From: Raja brachyura
Lineage: Eukaryota
DNA length: 64,000 nt
Assembly: GCA_963514005.1 (NCBI GenBank)
Contig: OY740790.1
Span: forward strand, 27,962,001 to 28,026,000
Reading direction: 5' to 3'
Shown: one piece after another, positions 1 to 12,949 of the stretch
How the letters are laid out: each line of letters opens with the position of its first letter
Numbering within the stretch: the first letter of the stretch is position 1
The notes under the pieces: model-generated
Told to the model about the DNA's origin: nothing
Seen by the model: only the letters and a program-made list of their open reading frames with translations
Databases searched by the model: none
Translations under genes and position numbers: made by a program

Positions 1-669
1 GGAAAAAGTCAGGCCATGGGAGAGATAAACACACAGCGCTGGAAGAACTCACTGAGTCAGGCAACGTCTGTGGAAGGAATGGACAGGTGATGTTTTGGGT
101 CAGAGCCCTTCTTCAGATTAATGGATGGGGAACTAGAGAATGCGTCAAGAGAGGAATTTGCTATTTTCTATTCTATTTGTATTTCCTGTTTACTATTGTC
201 ATATGTACCGATGGAACAGTGAAAAGCTTTGTTTCTCGCTGTCCATCAGATCAGATATACTATACATAAATCCAACCAAGTCAAACTCAAATACAATAGG
301 TAAAAGGGGAAGGTACAAGGTGCAGAATATAGTTTTCAGCATTGTAATGCAACAATTCCAGAGACAAAGTTCAATGTCCACAATGTATAGAGGTGAATCG
401 GACAGTACCCAAGCTTATGGAAGTCTGATTCAAATGCGTAGAAATTGGTAGACTGGTGGTGCACACTTTCAAGCTTCTGCATCTTTTTCCCAATGGATGC
501 GGGGAGAAGAAAGGACTTGTTATTACAAATTGTTAGTAGTTATCAAGATGAGAGAAAGGCGGCACAATGGCACAGCAGTAGAGTTATTGTCTGTACGGAG
601 TTTGTATGCTCTTCCTGTGATGGCGTGGGTTTTCTCTGGGTGCTCCAGTTTCCTCCAACATTCCAAAAA

Positions 670-3470
670 TCCCCTCTCCCTCTCCCTCTCCCTCTCCCCC
701 TCCCTCCCTTAAAAAAAATCTTTAAAAATTGAAGGGGGGAGGGGGAGAGGGAGAGGATTTTTGGAATGTTGGGGGGATAGGAGGGTTTCTTTTTTTTTAC
801 ATTTAGGGAGAGGAGGGGAGAGGGGTTATGGAGGGTGGGAGGGAATGACTGAGGTTGGGGAGGGTTGCCGTCACTCGCTTCACAACGGGGATCTCTGGCA
901 TCACAACGGGAACCCGTCAACCGCGCCCACACAGTTGGGGGCTATGGGTGAGTGGTGGAATATTACGTTGGGGGTCCCGCCCTCCCATGTTACAGGGACC
1001 CACTTAGTCTAGTATCTATCTATCTATGTATTACCAAAACCCCTCATCTTCTTTGGCCATCATCGAACACTTAATCGTGGTCCTGGCAGCAAATGATTGA
1101 ACAGGAAGGGGAGGGGCCAGGGTAAGTGGAATTGGAATTGGAAGTGCCGGAGGAGGCAGGAGAAGTACAATTGGAATTTTTTTAAGTCCATTGCTGGGGG
1201 AGCCAGGTAAGTGGTGGAATCTTACGTTGGGGAATGGGTTGCATTGGGGGACCAGGCCTCCCATCGGGGCTATGGATGAGTGGTGGAATATTACGTTGGG
1301 GGAATGGGGCCCAACGTGTTCCACTTGGTCTAGTATATATTACTAAAACTCTTGCCTTGTTTCTATCTATATGTCTACTACGTATGTGTGATCCTGGAAC
1401 TACGTCAAAACGGTACACAATAGCACTAACATTTTTGCACCACCTTACTCACCATTGTCACAATTCACAGGTTATTGTCATTTAAAAGTAAAAAAAAAAC
1501 ACTTTGAGAAGAATAACTGTGACTGCTGTGAGACTTTTCTGGCAGTTTCCAGCTATGATGTCACAATGGCATCTCACCGTCCACCAATCACAACGGGATC
1601 TAATTTACATACACTGCCGTGAACATTCCGCCGGCCGACAATGACATCATAATGGCATCGCAGCTGCCAATCTACAGCGTTGGGATAAGCTCCAGCCAGT
1701 GCAATGAGTGGGGGAGGGGAGGAGAAGAAATGTTATTTAAACATTGTGTTTAGTGGGGGAGTGTGAAAGGGGAGAAGTGAGGGAGGGAGTGACTAAGGGT
1801 AGGGTCATCTGAGGTTAGGGTCTTCAAGGGGGGGAAAGGAGGGAATGAGATTTAAAATAAATCCGTTTTAATCAGATTCTTGGGGAGAGCTTTCCTTTAT
1901 ACAAACAAATTCCAGATTTTTTCTTGTACGGGGGGGGGGGGGGGGTGGGATGGGGGAGATGTCCATGTGGAGGTTTTCATTTGGGGGGGGGGTGGGAGTG
2001 GAATATGGGAGAGGTTTCATATCCAGAACTTTCCTTGGGGGGGGGGGGGGGGGGATGGGATGTGAATCCAGTCTGAGAACGATTCAGCAGTGTGGCAGTT
2101 AGAGCTATGACATCACAATGGGATCAGCATAAATCCACTTTAATCAGATCCTTGGGGAGAGGTTTTGTTTATTCAAACAAATTCCAGAATGTTCCTTGTG
2201 TGGGGGGGGGGGGGGGTGGAGGAAACGTGGTTTTCCATTGTGGGGGTGGGGGGGATGGTATAGGGGAGAGGTTTCATTTTCGGAACTTTCCTTGTGGGGG
2301 AGGATGAGGGGTGGGGGCCTTCATCATGTGGGGGGGGGGGGGGGGTAATAAGGAAGCAGTTTAATTTCCAGAACTTTCCTTGTGGGGTGGGGGGTTTCCA
2401 CATGGGAAGGAATCCGGAATGTTCCTTGTGTGGGGGGGATGGAGGAAACGTGGTTTTCCATTGTAGGGTGGGGTGGGGATGGAATAGGTGAGAGGTTTCA
2501 TTTCCAGGGGAGAGGTTTCATTTCCAGAACTTTCCTTGTGGGTGGGGGGGGGGGATGATTGGTGGGGGTTTTCATTATGGGGGGGGGGAAATAAGGAAGC
2601 AGTTTAATTTTCAGAACTTTCCTTGTCGGGTGGGGGGTTTCTACATGGGAAGGATTTATTGGCGTTGCACAAAAAAAACAGAACTTTTCTCCGCCTCCGC
2701 CGCCGCTCCCCCCCCCCCACCTGGGAAGGATTGATTGGCTCCAGGGAGTCAATTACTAAAAGTCAATTACTAGAAGTAGAATTGGAATTGGAAGTGCTGT
2801 GGGAGGCAGGGGAAGTGCAATTGCATTCTTTAAAGTCCTTGAAGCAAAAGGAGGGGGAGGCAATGCTGGGGGATATGCCCTTGCACAGTTGGGGGCTATG
2901 GCTTAGTGCTGGAATATTGCATTGGGGGAACGGGTGAGTGGTGTAATATTGCGTTGGGGGACAAGGCCTCCCATGGAGGTTATGGGTAAGTGGTTGAATA
3001 TTGCGTTGGGGGAACAGGTTGTGTTGGGGTCCAGGCCTCCTCTCATGGGGGCTATGGGTGAGTGGTGCAATATTGCGTTGGGGGACAAGACCTCCTGTGT
3101 GACAGGGACCCAACGGTATGTATGTATTTATGTTCTTGAAATAGAGCCAAAATGGTACACGATAGCACAAAAAAAAGGTTGAGCTCCTTAGTCACCATTC
3201 GCCTGCGGTGTGCAGTGTCAAGTTTTGTTTAATTATACAAAGTAATTCCCTTTTTAAAAGTTAATTAACTTTCTACCTTGAACGGCAGTGCGCTCCCGCT
3301 TACCGGAACCGTCAGCCGTGACTGCACAGTTTGGGGAGGGTTGCCGGGCTCGGTATCCACACGTGCGCAGTTGATGAATTCGAAATAACTGAACGGGTTG
3401 TACTTGATTGCGTCACAATGGGGATCTCTGGCATCACAACGGGGACCCAAGGGGTCCACAGGTCGTCTAG
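670..3470 (+). mobile_element. Tandem array of non-autonomous Helitron-like units
   Basis: Units end in CTAG|T at 1012, 1333 and 3470 after a gggaccc/gggtcc-type hairpin (partly deleted in the first two). New units begin (TC)TAT..ATTAC(T/C)AAAAC. Shared internal repeats gggggctatgggtgagtggtggaatatt. Confidence 0.7.
1850..2650 (+). repeat. G-rich minisatellite within the Helitron unit
   Basis: Recurring ggagaggtttcat..ccagaactttccttgtgggggggg units with long G-runs. Confidence 0.85.
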
Positions 3471-4969
3471 TACTATTTAATATTTAAGATAGACACAAAA
3501 TGCTGGAGTAAGTCAGATGGTCAGGCAGCATCCCTGGAGAAAATGAATGTGATGATTCGGGTCGGGAGCCTTCTTTGGCCTATTTTAATGCCTTTGCAGC
3601 ACATATTTATTCAGAAAAGGTATATAAAATGTAATACAGCATTGAAATCTATTCTGGCACTGACTTGTTTTAATACATAATGATGTATTCAGGCATTTGC
3701 TGCAGTATTGATGTCTATTTCAAATCACAAAAATTTACATCACACAAGATGGCTATTGCTCCATTATCACAAGATGGATATTGGTCCATTATGACCATAT
3801 TGATTGAAGAAGAGCTATCCAACCTAATCCAAATCTCCTCCTCCATCCTGATCTATTACATTCTGTGCTCTTGATGTGGTTCAGCCTGGCACTGAGGCTA
3901 CCAAAGATGTACATCCTTTCAGAGATATTCTTCTCCAAATTAGTGTGAAATGTCTATAATCACCCAATCAGGTTCATGTATATTTCAGTACAAGTATTTA
4001 TTTTCTAAAGCTCGGACAGTGTACGGCCAATCTTCTTAGGAACCTCCTTGGAAGATAAAAAGGCCAAAACAGTATGCAATACCCCATGGCAGCTATAACC
4101 AAGTCTGTTTGAATCAAGATATCTTGATTTGTCACAGAGTCCAGTACAGGCATCCCCTTACTTATATAGGGTTACATTCTGAACCATTACGTAAATCAAA
4201 TTTTACTTAAGTTGGAATCACCATCCCCATCCCCATCCCATGCCCAAAGTAACTCGCGGAGAATATTCATTGTCTCAGCAGATTCTGGCTGTGTCCAGGA
4301 CACATTCTGCATGCAACCTTCTGGGTAAGCACCTGTATCCCATGAAAACTTGTGATTATACAGTGTTGTGGAAATCACAAACTTGCACTAGGGACTGGGT
4401 ACAGAATTGTTTATGTAAGTGCGAATTTACATAAGTCTCTTATTGCATAATTCATGGAGTGTCTGTATTCCGTAAAGTATTTGGTGTACCTGTATGCTAA
4501 CTTGCTGTGATTCTTTTATGAAGACATCACAATTTCTCTAAATTATGAAACCACAATGACTACTTCCACACCAGAGTGAAAGTATCATACAGGCACAGAT
4601 ACTGGAAATATTACATTTGTCCCTTTCTTACCAGTGAATTGTACAAACCCTACTTATTTTCACCTTTGCTTCCGCCCAGAATATTTCAAGCAGCTTGTGA
4701 TGTCCCGTACTCTGGTATTATTTCGGCAATGTTTTTCCTCACTTGGGCTATATTGAATTTCTATTTCTTATTTTGTAGTCATATTACATGACTAATACTC
4801 TGGTCTTACACTCTCTTGATCTTCTGCTGTAATTTAAGTAGGAGATCAATGGAAACTCAAGAGAACTGGTGTAAATGCCATTTTGGATGTTCTTTTGGGG
4901 ACGTGGACCTTTAATCTAGGTTGTGTATGATATGGGAACATCCCAAAGACATTCACCTAGACTGTTTAT

Positions 4970-5770
4970 ATCCATAAGACTTGCTGTAGGAGCAGAAATA
5001 GGCAGTCTACTTTGCCATTCAATCATGGCTGATCTAATTTTCCCTCTCAACCCTATTATCCTGCCTTCTCCACGTAACCATATAACCATATAACCATAGA
5101 ACAATTACAGCACGGAAACAGGCCTTCTCGGCCCTTCCAGTTCGTGCCAACCATTTATTTTCCCCTAGTCCCATCTACCTGCACTCAGACCATACCCCTC
5201 CATTCCCTTCCCGTCCATATATCTATCCACTTTACTTTTAAATGTTAAAATCGATCCTGCCTCCACCACTTCTGCTGGAAGATCATTCCACACAGCCACC
5301 ACTCTCTGAGTAAAGAAGATCCCCCTCATGTTACCCCTAAACTTCTGTCCCTTAATTCTCATGTCATGCCCTCTTGTTTGAATCTTCCCAACCCTCAATG
5401 GGAAAAGCTTATCCACGTCAACTCTGTCTATCCCTTTCATCATTTTAAAGACCGCAATCAAGTCCCCCCTTAACCTTCTGCGCTCCAAAGAATAAAGACC
5501 TAACTTGTTCAACTTTTCTCTGTAACCTTTGACACCCTTACTAATCAAGAACCTATTAATTTCCACCTTAAAAACAAGCAATGTCTTGGCCTCCACCGTT
5601 GTCTATAGCAATGAATTCCACAGATTTTCTACCTTCTGAAGAAATTTCTCCTCATTTCCAATGTGCCCTCTGATTCTCGACTCTCCCATTACTGGAAACA
5701 TCCTTTACAAATGCATTCTATTCCAAGCCTTTCGTTACCCAGTAAGTTTCAGTGTGATCCCCCATTATCC
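4970..5770 (-). mobile_element. Nested CR1 3' fragments (younger copy ~5077-5525 inside an older one)
   Basis: ORF 5165-5596 reads LGLYSLERRRLRGDLI...FFTQRVV..WN. (AACCATAT)n tail; gtaacc occurs at both junctions. Confidence 0.8.
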
Positions 5771-6479
5771 ATGTGGATCATGCTCTCCGTCATTCCATGA
5801 ATGCACTTTTAGTTGGGAAAACCTTCATAATTTTGAGCCAAAAAGCTTAGTTTTGTCTTTGGCACTCTATGCTTGATTGTCTTAATCTTTTTGGTATCCT
5901 AAGATCTTGTGCGGAAGTTCCATGAACATTACATTAAAGAATTGGATTAACCTTACAGACTGCACAGAGAGCAGCGCTAACTCCACGGCTCAGGGCTGGT
6001 GTTCAGTCAGTGCAGCGAGGGCTGTAGGTTAACCCAGTGAGACAAGCAGAGTTGAGCTGGATTTAGCGCTGCTTCTCCGCGCTGGCTGTAAGCCTGGGCC
6101 GTTGTTTCCGTACGTCCAGGTATGGCTGGTAGGTTCACAGGCAGAGTTGAGCTGGATTTAGCGCTGCTTCTCTGTGCTGGCTGTGGGCCTGGGGGCGCCG
6201 CTACCGTCTGACTTCCGACATCTCTGGTCGTCCCCGGACGGGGGGCACTCGGGAGGGGACAGGGATGTCCAGTGGCGGTTCAGCAGCGATTGTGGCACTG
6301 CAGACCTGGGATCGATCCTATTTGCCTATGTCCATGCCGCAGTACGGCTGCTGAGAGTTTTTATCGCTTGCGACCTTTGAGAAATTCCATGATTCCTTGC
6401 GTTTCACGGAATACCAAACTCACTTATTGGATTGTCTGATGTTCACTAAATTTTAAGTCTCCTCTCTTTTATTGTTTAG

Positions 6480-6625
6480 GACTTATATGAGTGTGAATGA
6501 ACTGAAGGAGACACTGCAGATCAATGGTTCCATGTATCTGAATGTTTATTTTGCCAATTCCGTACGGGAGGAACTGGCAGGTGCTGCCACCTGGCCCTGG
6601 GATAAAGAAGCCCTGAGTTACTTGG
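6480..6625 (+). CDS. PAPPA2: Pappalysin-2 internal coding exon (146 bp), metalloprotease domain N-terminal part
   Basis: Polypyrimidine tract then tttag|G acceptor and G|gtaag donor. Translates (R)[48 protein letters not shown](G), matching the pappalysin [11 protein letters not shown] motif. Its phase-1 end joins the exon at 29650. Confidence 0.95.
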
Positions 6626-6919
6626 GTAAGTGTGTTTAATAGATATTTCTATTTGTTGGATAATCTTGGTCAGCTGCATGCTTCCTGTGCACATCAATCT
6701 CACTGTGATTAATATGAATAGAAACATTTTGTTGAAAGACAAAAAATTCTGGAGCTACTCAGCAGGTTAGGCAGCATGCCTGGAGAGCATCGATAGATGA
6801 TATTTTAGGTCAGGAACCTTCTTGACACTTCTGTCATTTGTCGGATGAGACAAACATCACATCGTCTATGGCTATACTTTTTTGGATCATTAAGAAACAT
6901 CAAGACCTTATAAAATGAT

Positions 6920-7178
6920 GCTAGTTCAGTTGAGAGATACAGTGTGGAACCAGGCCTTTTAGCCCACCGAGCATGCGTCAACCACGATCACCTATGCATT
7001 AGTTCTACCCTCCACATTAGAGACAACTTGCAGAAGCCAACAAACCCACAAACCTGTATGTCTTCAGAATGTGGGAGGAAACCGGAGCACCCAGAGGAAA
7101 CCCACGCGGTCACAGGAAGAATGTACAAACTTGTGTCTCTGGCATTGTAATGTGCAACTCCACCACTGCACCACTATG
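6920..7178 (-). mobile_element. V-SINE (HE1-like)
   Basis: Reverse-complement V-domain tgtgggaggaaaccggagcacccagaggaaaccca. Confidence 0.75.
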
Positions 7179-8471
7179 ACATCCTGGTTAATAGGTAATA
7201 GAGCCAAGAAGTTCATAAATGGATGGGACAAACTCTCTTTGAAATAAACGGTAATTTTTAACGTACTTGGATTTACTCTTCATCTGCACATTTAGACTTT
7301 CCTTCACTACTGTCACATTAGCAACCATCTGCAAATTCAATAATCTATTTCACCATAAGCATAGCTTCTAATCTTCCTAATTTCAAAGACACATTGCACC
7401 ATTGCTCTTAACTTTCCTTGTCTCTGCCCTGCCTCAATTCATCTGGCGCTGAGACTCCCGTAGTAGGTCATAGAACACACAACAAAGAAATGGTCCCTAG
7501 ATATAGAGTCATACAGTGGGGAAAACAAGCCCTTCCGCCCAACATGTCTACTACTGACCAACATGTCCCATCTACACTAGCCCCACCTGCCTGTGGTGTA
7601 GAGCTTGACCGATAGAGACAGAATTTTGATACGCGTCTATGATAGCTTGTTGACAGAATTCCATTTTGAATGCATAGGATTTGAGTCATTCTATTGACAG
7701 TCTAAGAGCTCGGTACATTAAATTTCTAATGAAAACTTTAAAGTTTTTCCCTCCAAGAGAAGGAACTCTATAAGTTTCAAGTGCATGTCTTTACTCGTCA
7801 CAAATCTTGATTCTGTATTTTAATATAATTGATCAAAAAAAAGTATATACTTTATATAGATGGGAAGAAGATAGATCTGAAGAAGGAGAGCTAAAGAAGG
7901 GTCCCGACTCAAAATGTCACCTAGGCATGTTTTCCAGGGATGCTGCCTGACCTGCTGAGTTCAGCTCTTTTTTCTTTTTTTTCTGGTTTGTTTAATTTCC
8001 TACATAGATAATAGTTTTTTTTTATTTGCTCTTGTGTCCCTCCTTTGATATCATTACCTGTTCTATTTGCTGCTTAACTAGGGAATGAAGAGGTATTCAT
8101 TACTCTTTCCTATAGATAGAGTGTTTTTTATAGTTTATCTAGATAATGGGCAGAAGAAAGATGTAGTTTGAATCACAGGGGACTGGTCGTCATCTTTTGC
8201 CCAGTTATATTGAATCTAATTTATTGCTATCACCTACAAAATTAACAGAGCAATAAATGTATAGAATTGACAGCACTTATCAGTTATTGTGAAAGTGAAT
8301 CCCCAGAACCAGGTGTAACGATCGATCTGAAACTTTAACTCTGATTCCATCTCAAGAGATGTTGGCTGAGCTGTTGTGCACTTTCCTCAAATTTAATGTC
8401 AGTAAAACATACTGAATGGCCTCAGTAAAAAAAAGGAATTTGACCTATTTAGTTATTACCTGTCAGTAAGT

Positions 8472-9078
8472 CTGATACAGATAGATACAGATAGATTTTA
8501 TTTGTCACATGTGCCAATTGGCACAGTGAAATGAAGTCACCATACAGCCAAAAATAAAGAACACAACATAGAGTAGACAGAAATTCAACATAAAACATCC
8601 CCTCACAGCAGGAACAAAATTTCCCACCGTGAGGGAAGGCACCAAAGTCAGTCTCTTCCCGATGTTCCCCAATGTTCACCCATGATCGGGGCCTCACCCA
8701 GCCCTCCGCTGTCGCCGCTCCGGGCGGCCTGATGTTCAGGCCCGCTCCCCGGGGTGATGCAAGTCCGACATCGGGGCTGGGGGACGTCCTCAGCGGCCTG
8801 GACCCTGAGTCGGCCCGCTCCTACCGGAGTCTGCAGCTCCCAAAGTCCGCGGGCATGCCGGGTGGAGATTCAACGCTGGAGGCCCTCGGCAAAGGGCCCC
8901 AGGACTCCAGGGAGAGGGAGTTCAGCGCCGCCCGCGTTGGGAGCTCTCCCAAACCAGAGCTCCACGATGTTGGAGCAGCAGCCCAACGCTCCGGAGCTCC
9001 AACGGTGACCCAGGTAGGCATCGCCAGCTCCTCGGTGACTCCAGCACCGCCGCCGCTGTTGCAGCTCTGGTCCGGTTC
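8472..9078 (-). mobile_element. GC-rich non-autonomous retroelement with (TATCTG)-like tail, probably 5'-truncated
   Basis: Its 3' region (gccttccctcacggtgggaa...ggatgttttatgtt) is shared with 58223-59080. Microsatellite tail follows an AATAAA-like signal. Confidence 0.6.
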
Positions 9079-9129
9079 CAAGTCATCTTAACAGCATAAA
9101 ATAATGATCCTCTGATGTAATCAGTGAAA

Positions 9130-9500
9130 CTTGGAGCGCAGGAGGTTGAGGAATATTTTTACAGAGGTATATAAAATCATGAGGGGAATAAATTTTTTCC
9201 CAGGACAAGGACATTAAAAACCAGAAAACATAGGTTTTAGTTGAGGGGCAAGGTTTAATAGGAACCTGAGGGGCAATGTTTACAGTCAGAGAATGATGGG
9301 TATATGGAATGAGCTGACAGAGGAGATAGTCGAGGCAGATGCTATTTAAAAGATGCTTAGACAGGCACATGGATAGGAAAGGTTTAGAGGGCTATAGGCC
9401 AAATGCAGGCAAATGGGCTATCTTAGATGGAGCACCTCGGTCGGCATGGATGAGTGGGGCCGAAGGACTTGTTTCCGCGCTTATGACTCCATTACTCTAT
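9130..9500 (+). mobile_element. CR1 3' fragment
   Basis: Degenerate end of CR1 ORF2 (FKRCLDRHMDRKGLEGY) plus 3' UTR. Confidence 0.7.
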
Positions 9501-9841
9501 AACTCCACAGGAGAGAAAACAGTTAATTTACAGGAATGTGTTCCAACATAGCCGCTGTGTCAATAATGTTGAGAGCTACAAATGTGGTCAGAAATACAGC
9601 AGACCGATGCACTCCACCACTCGTATTCAGCTGCTACCTCCCTCTGTAGCACACACTGTTATTCCTTACTTTTTGGACGAGAGACCTGTGGTATGGAAGT
9701 TATTAGCAAATATCAAAAGCAGCTTTGCTAACTTCTGAGGGAAATCTTTTCAAAGGTTATGAAAAAGTTACACTGCAATCAGATTATTTTCTTGCATTGT
9801 ACTTTTAGCGAGGGAGTGTTGCGTAAACAGTGGTACGCACC

Positions 9842-11835
9842 TCAAATCAATCAAAATCAAATACGTTTATTTGTCATTGCACATCAACTGTACAACAAAA
9901 TTTCATGTGCATCCCCTTCAATGGTAAACAATGAAAAAAAAGGATAAAAAGATTAAAAAAAGAACAAAACACAATAACACAAACAACCATTTACTCTCAC
10001 ATTTACATTTACTACAAGATCAATGCATAAAATAAGTAATAGATAATAAAAAATGCACATTATATTGCACATTCTAGCAGACAAATTTTTATTTGCATCC
10101 CGAATTGTGTAGTGTTGCCCGTAGTGTTATCTGTTTGAGTTAAGTTCTCTAATGGCACGTGGGTAGAAACTGTTAGTCTGCAAGTGCGGGCCTTCAAAGA
10201 CCCGTATCGCCTCCCATAGGGCAGCAGAGTGAAAAGGTGGTTGGCAGGGTGGAATGAGTCCTGCGTGATGTTTGTCGCCCGGCATAAACATTGGGCCTTG
10301 TAAATGTCTTCCAGGGAGGGTAGTTGAGTGTTTATGATGCTCTGTGCTGTTTTAATAACCCTCTGTAGTGCCTTCCTTCCAGCCACAGTGCAGCTAGCAA
10401 GCCACACCAGGATGCCATAGGAGAGGATGCTTTCCACGGCGCACCGGTAGAAGGACAGCAGCAGCTGCTGTGAGACGTTTGCTCTCCGCAGAGTCCTCAG
10501 GAAATATAGCCGCTGCTGTGACTTATTTACGAGACTGATGGTGTTCACTGTCCATGTAAGGTCCTGGGAGATGTATGTGCCCAGGAACTTAAAGTCAGTG
10601 ACTCTCTCCACCATGTCTCCTTTGATGTAAAGAGGAGCAGGTTCTTCTCTCCTCCTCCTGAAGTCAATAACCAGTTCTTTTGTTTTGATTGAGTTGAGTG
10701 CCAGGTTATTGTTAGTGCACCAGACAGTCAGTTTTTGGACTTCATCTCTGTAGGCAGACTCGTCGTTGTTATTTCTCAGCCCCACCACAGTTGTGTCATC
10801 TGCAAACTTAATGATCCGGTTTGTGCTGTGTGTCGGTGTGCAGTCATGGGTGTATATTGTGTAGAGAATAGGACTCAGCACACAGCCTTGTGGCCCCCCT
10901 GTGCTGAGTGTCAGGACTGGGGAGTGATTGGACTCCATCCTGACAGTCTGTGGCCGATCTGTTAAGAAGTCCTTGATCCATCTGCATGTATTGGCATTTA
11001 CACCCAGGTCAAACAGTTTGTCCACCATTCTGCTGGGGATGATGGTATTGAATGCAGAACTAAAATCTACAAACAACATCCTCACATATGAGCTGGGGCG
11101 CTCCAGGTGAGTCAGTGCAGAATGTAGAGCCATGTTGATGGCATCTTCTGTTGACCTGTTGGCTCTGTATGCAAACTGATGTTGATCCAGGGTGGGTGGG
11201 AGTGAGGATTTAATGTGGGCCAGGACCAGTCTCTCAAAGCACTTCATCACAGTTGAAGTGAGAGCAACAGGTCTGTAGTCGTTCAAGCTGGTGATAGATG
11301 ATTTTTTCGGAACAGGCACAATGGTGGCAGTCTTGAAGCATTTAGGAACAGTGCATGTTGACAGAGAGAGGTTAAAGATGTCGCTGAATACCTCCGCCAG
11401 CTGGTCTGCACAATCCCGCAGTACTCTCCCTGGGATGCCATCTGGGCCAGCAGCTTTCCTGGGGTTGACGTTGCGGAGTACTCTCCTGACATCCTCTGTG
11501 CTCACAGTGAATGCCAGGTCGTCAGTGCTGGACGCGGCTGCAGGCACAGGCTCCGCCTTACTCAGCTCAAAACGGGCGAAAAAGTGGTTAAGCTCCTCAG
11601 CCAGCAAGTTACTACTACTGCTGCTGGTGGTTAACCCCCTGTTGCCCTTGTAGTTGGTAAGTTGCTGGATACCTTGCCAAACACGCCGGGGGTCCCTCTC
11701 ATTAAGGTGTCCCTCTAGTCTTCTTCCATAGGCTGCCTTTGGCTCTTTGATGGCTCTCTTCAGTTTGGATCTGGCAGTGCTGTACAGTTCATCATTGCCA
11801 GATCCAAAGGCTGAGTTGCGTTCCCTCAGCAGCCT
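9842..11835 (-). mobile_element. Rex1/Babar-type non-LTR retrotransposon, 5'-truncated, long open RT frame
   Basis: ORF 10060-11607 has [47 protein letters not shown] and FKFLG. (ATTTG)n-like tail at ~9842-9861. Confidence 0.88.
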
Positions 11836-12299
11836 TCAATTCATTCCAAGGCAACTGGGAACTGTTTAAAGCAATACTTGTCCAGGGCTAATGGCAGCAA
11901 ACACCCAGTGCTCAGACTCACGATTCCAAAATTGCAGAGACCTTAACAATAATTTCTTATTTCCGATAACATTGCACACAGCCACCCAAACGTAAGCATG
12001 TTTTTCAGGTGAAGCCATGGAAGAAAATCTCGATAGGGGTGCAGGCATAAAACTATATGAAACCAAATAGTCTGTCAATGATTTACACTGCATTTTATTT
12101 TTATCTATCTATTTAAATTGTCAAGCTTCAATGAAATAAGAAAACAATGGTAGGTAGAGTTTGAGGTGTCCTTCAAAAAACTGGAATGCAAGGGTTTCCC
12201 CACTGGTGGGCTGGTAAATGTTAACCTCAACAGTTTTCATTCTGTACATGGGATTAGTAAAGCAATATAAAATAGAGGGTGCTCAGCTCACAATGTTCA

Positions 12300-12588
12300 T
12301 GACTTTACACTTTAGAGAGATACAGTGTGGAAACAGACCCGTCATTCAAGCACATCCGTGCTGTCCAGTGCTAGGGTACACTAGCACTATCCTACACCCT
12401 AGAGACAATTTACAATTTTTACAGAAGCCAATTAACCTACAAACCTCTATGTCTTTGGAGTGTGGGAGGAAACCGGAGCACACAGAGAAAACACTCGCGG
12501 TCACAGGCAGAACGTTCAAACTCCATACAGACAGTACCCATGGTCAAGATTGAATCTGTGTCTCTGGCACCATCAGGCAGCAACCCTG
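12300..12588 (-). mobile_element. V-SINE (HE1-like)
   Basis: tgtgggaggaaaccggagcac V-domain and tail. Confidence 0.75.
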
Positions 12589-12949
12589 TCATAGAGTCAT
12601 GGAGTGATGCAGTGTGGAAACAGGCCTTCGACCCAGCTTGCCCACACCGGCCAACATGTCCCAACTACACTAGTCCCACCTGCCTGTGCTTGGTCCATAT
12701 CCCTCTGAACCTGTCCTATCCATGTACCTGTATAAATGTTTCTTAAATGATGGGATAGTCCCAGCCTCTACTATCTCCTCTGGCAACTTGTTCAATACAC
12801 CCAATATCCTTAGTGTTATCCCTCAGATTCCTATTAAACATATCCCCTTCTCCGTGAACCTGTCCTCTGGTCCTCGATTCCGCTTCTCTGGGCAAGCGAT
12901 TCTGTGCAACTACCCGATGTATTCTTCTCATGATTTTATACAGCACTAT

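Noticed and set aside
1880-3182. Gly-rich ORFs
   Set aside because: Products of poly-G minisatellite and Helitron internal repeats.
8672-9091. GC-rich 139-aa ORF (and similar 58317-58787)
   Set aside because: No recognisable motifs; these are chance ORFs in GC-rich repeat bodies.
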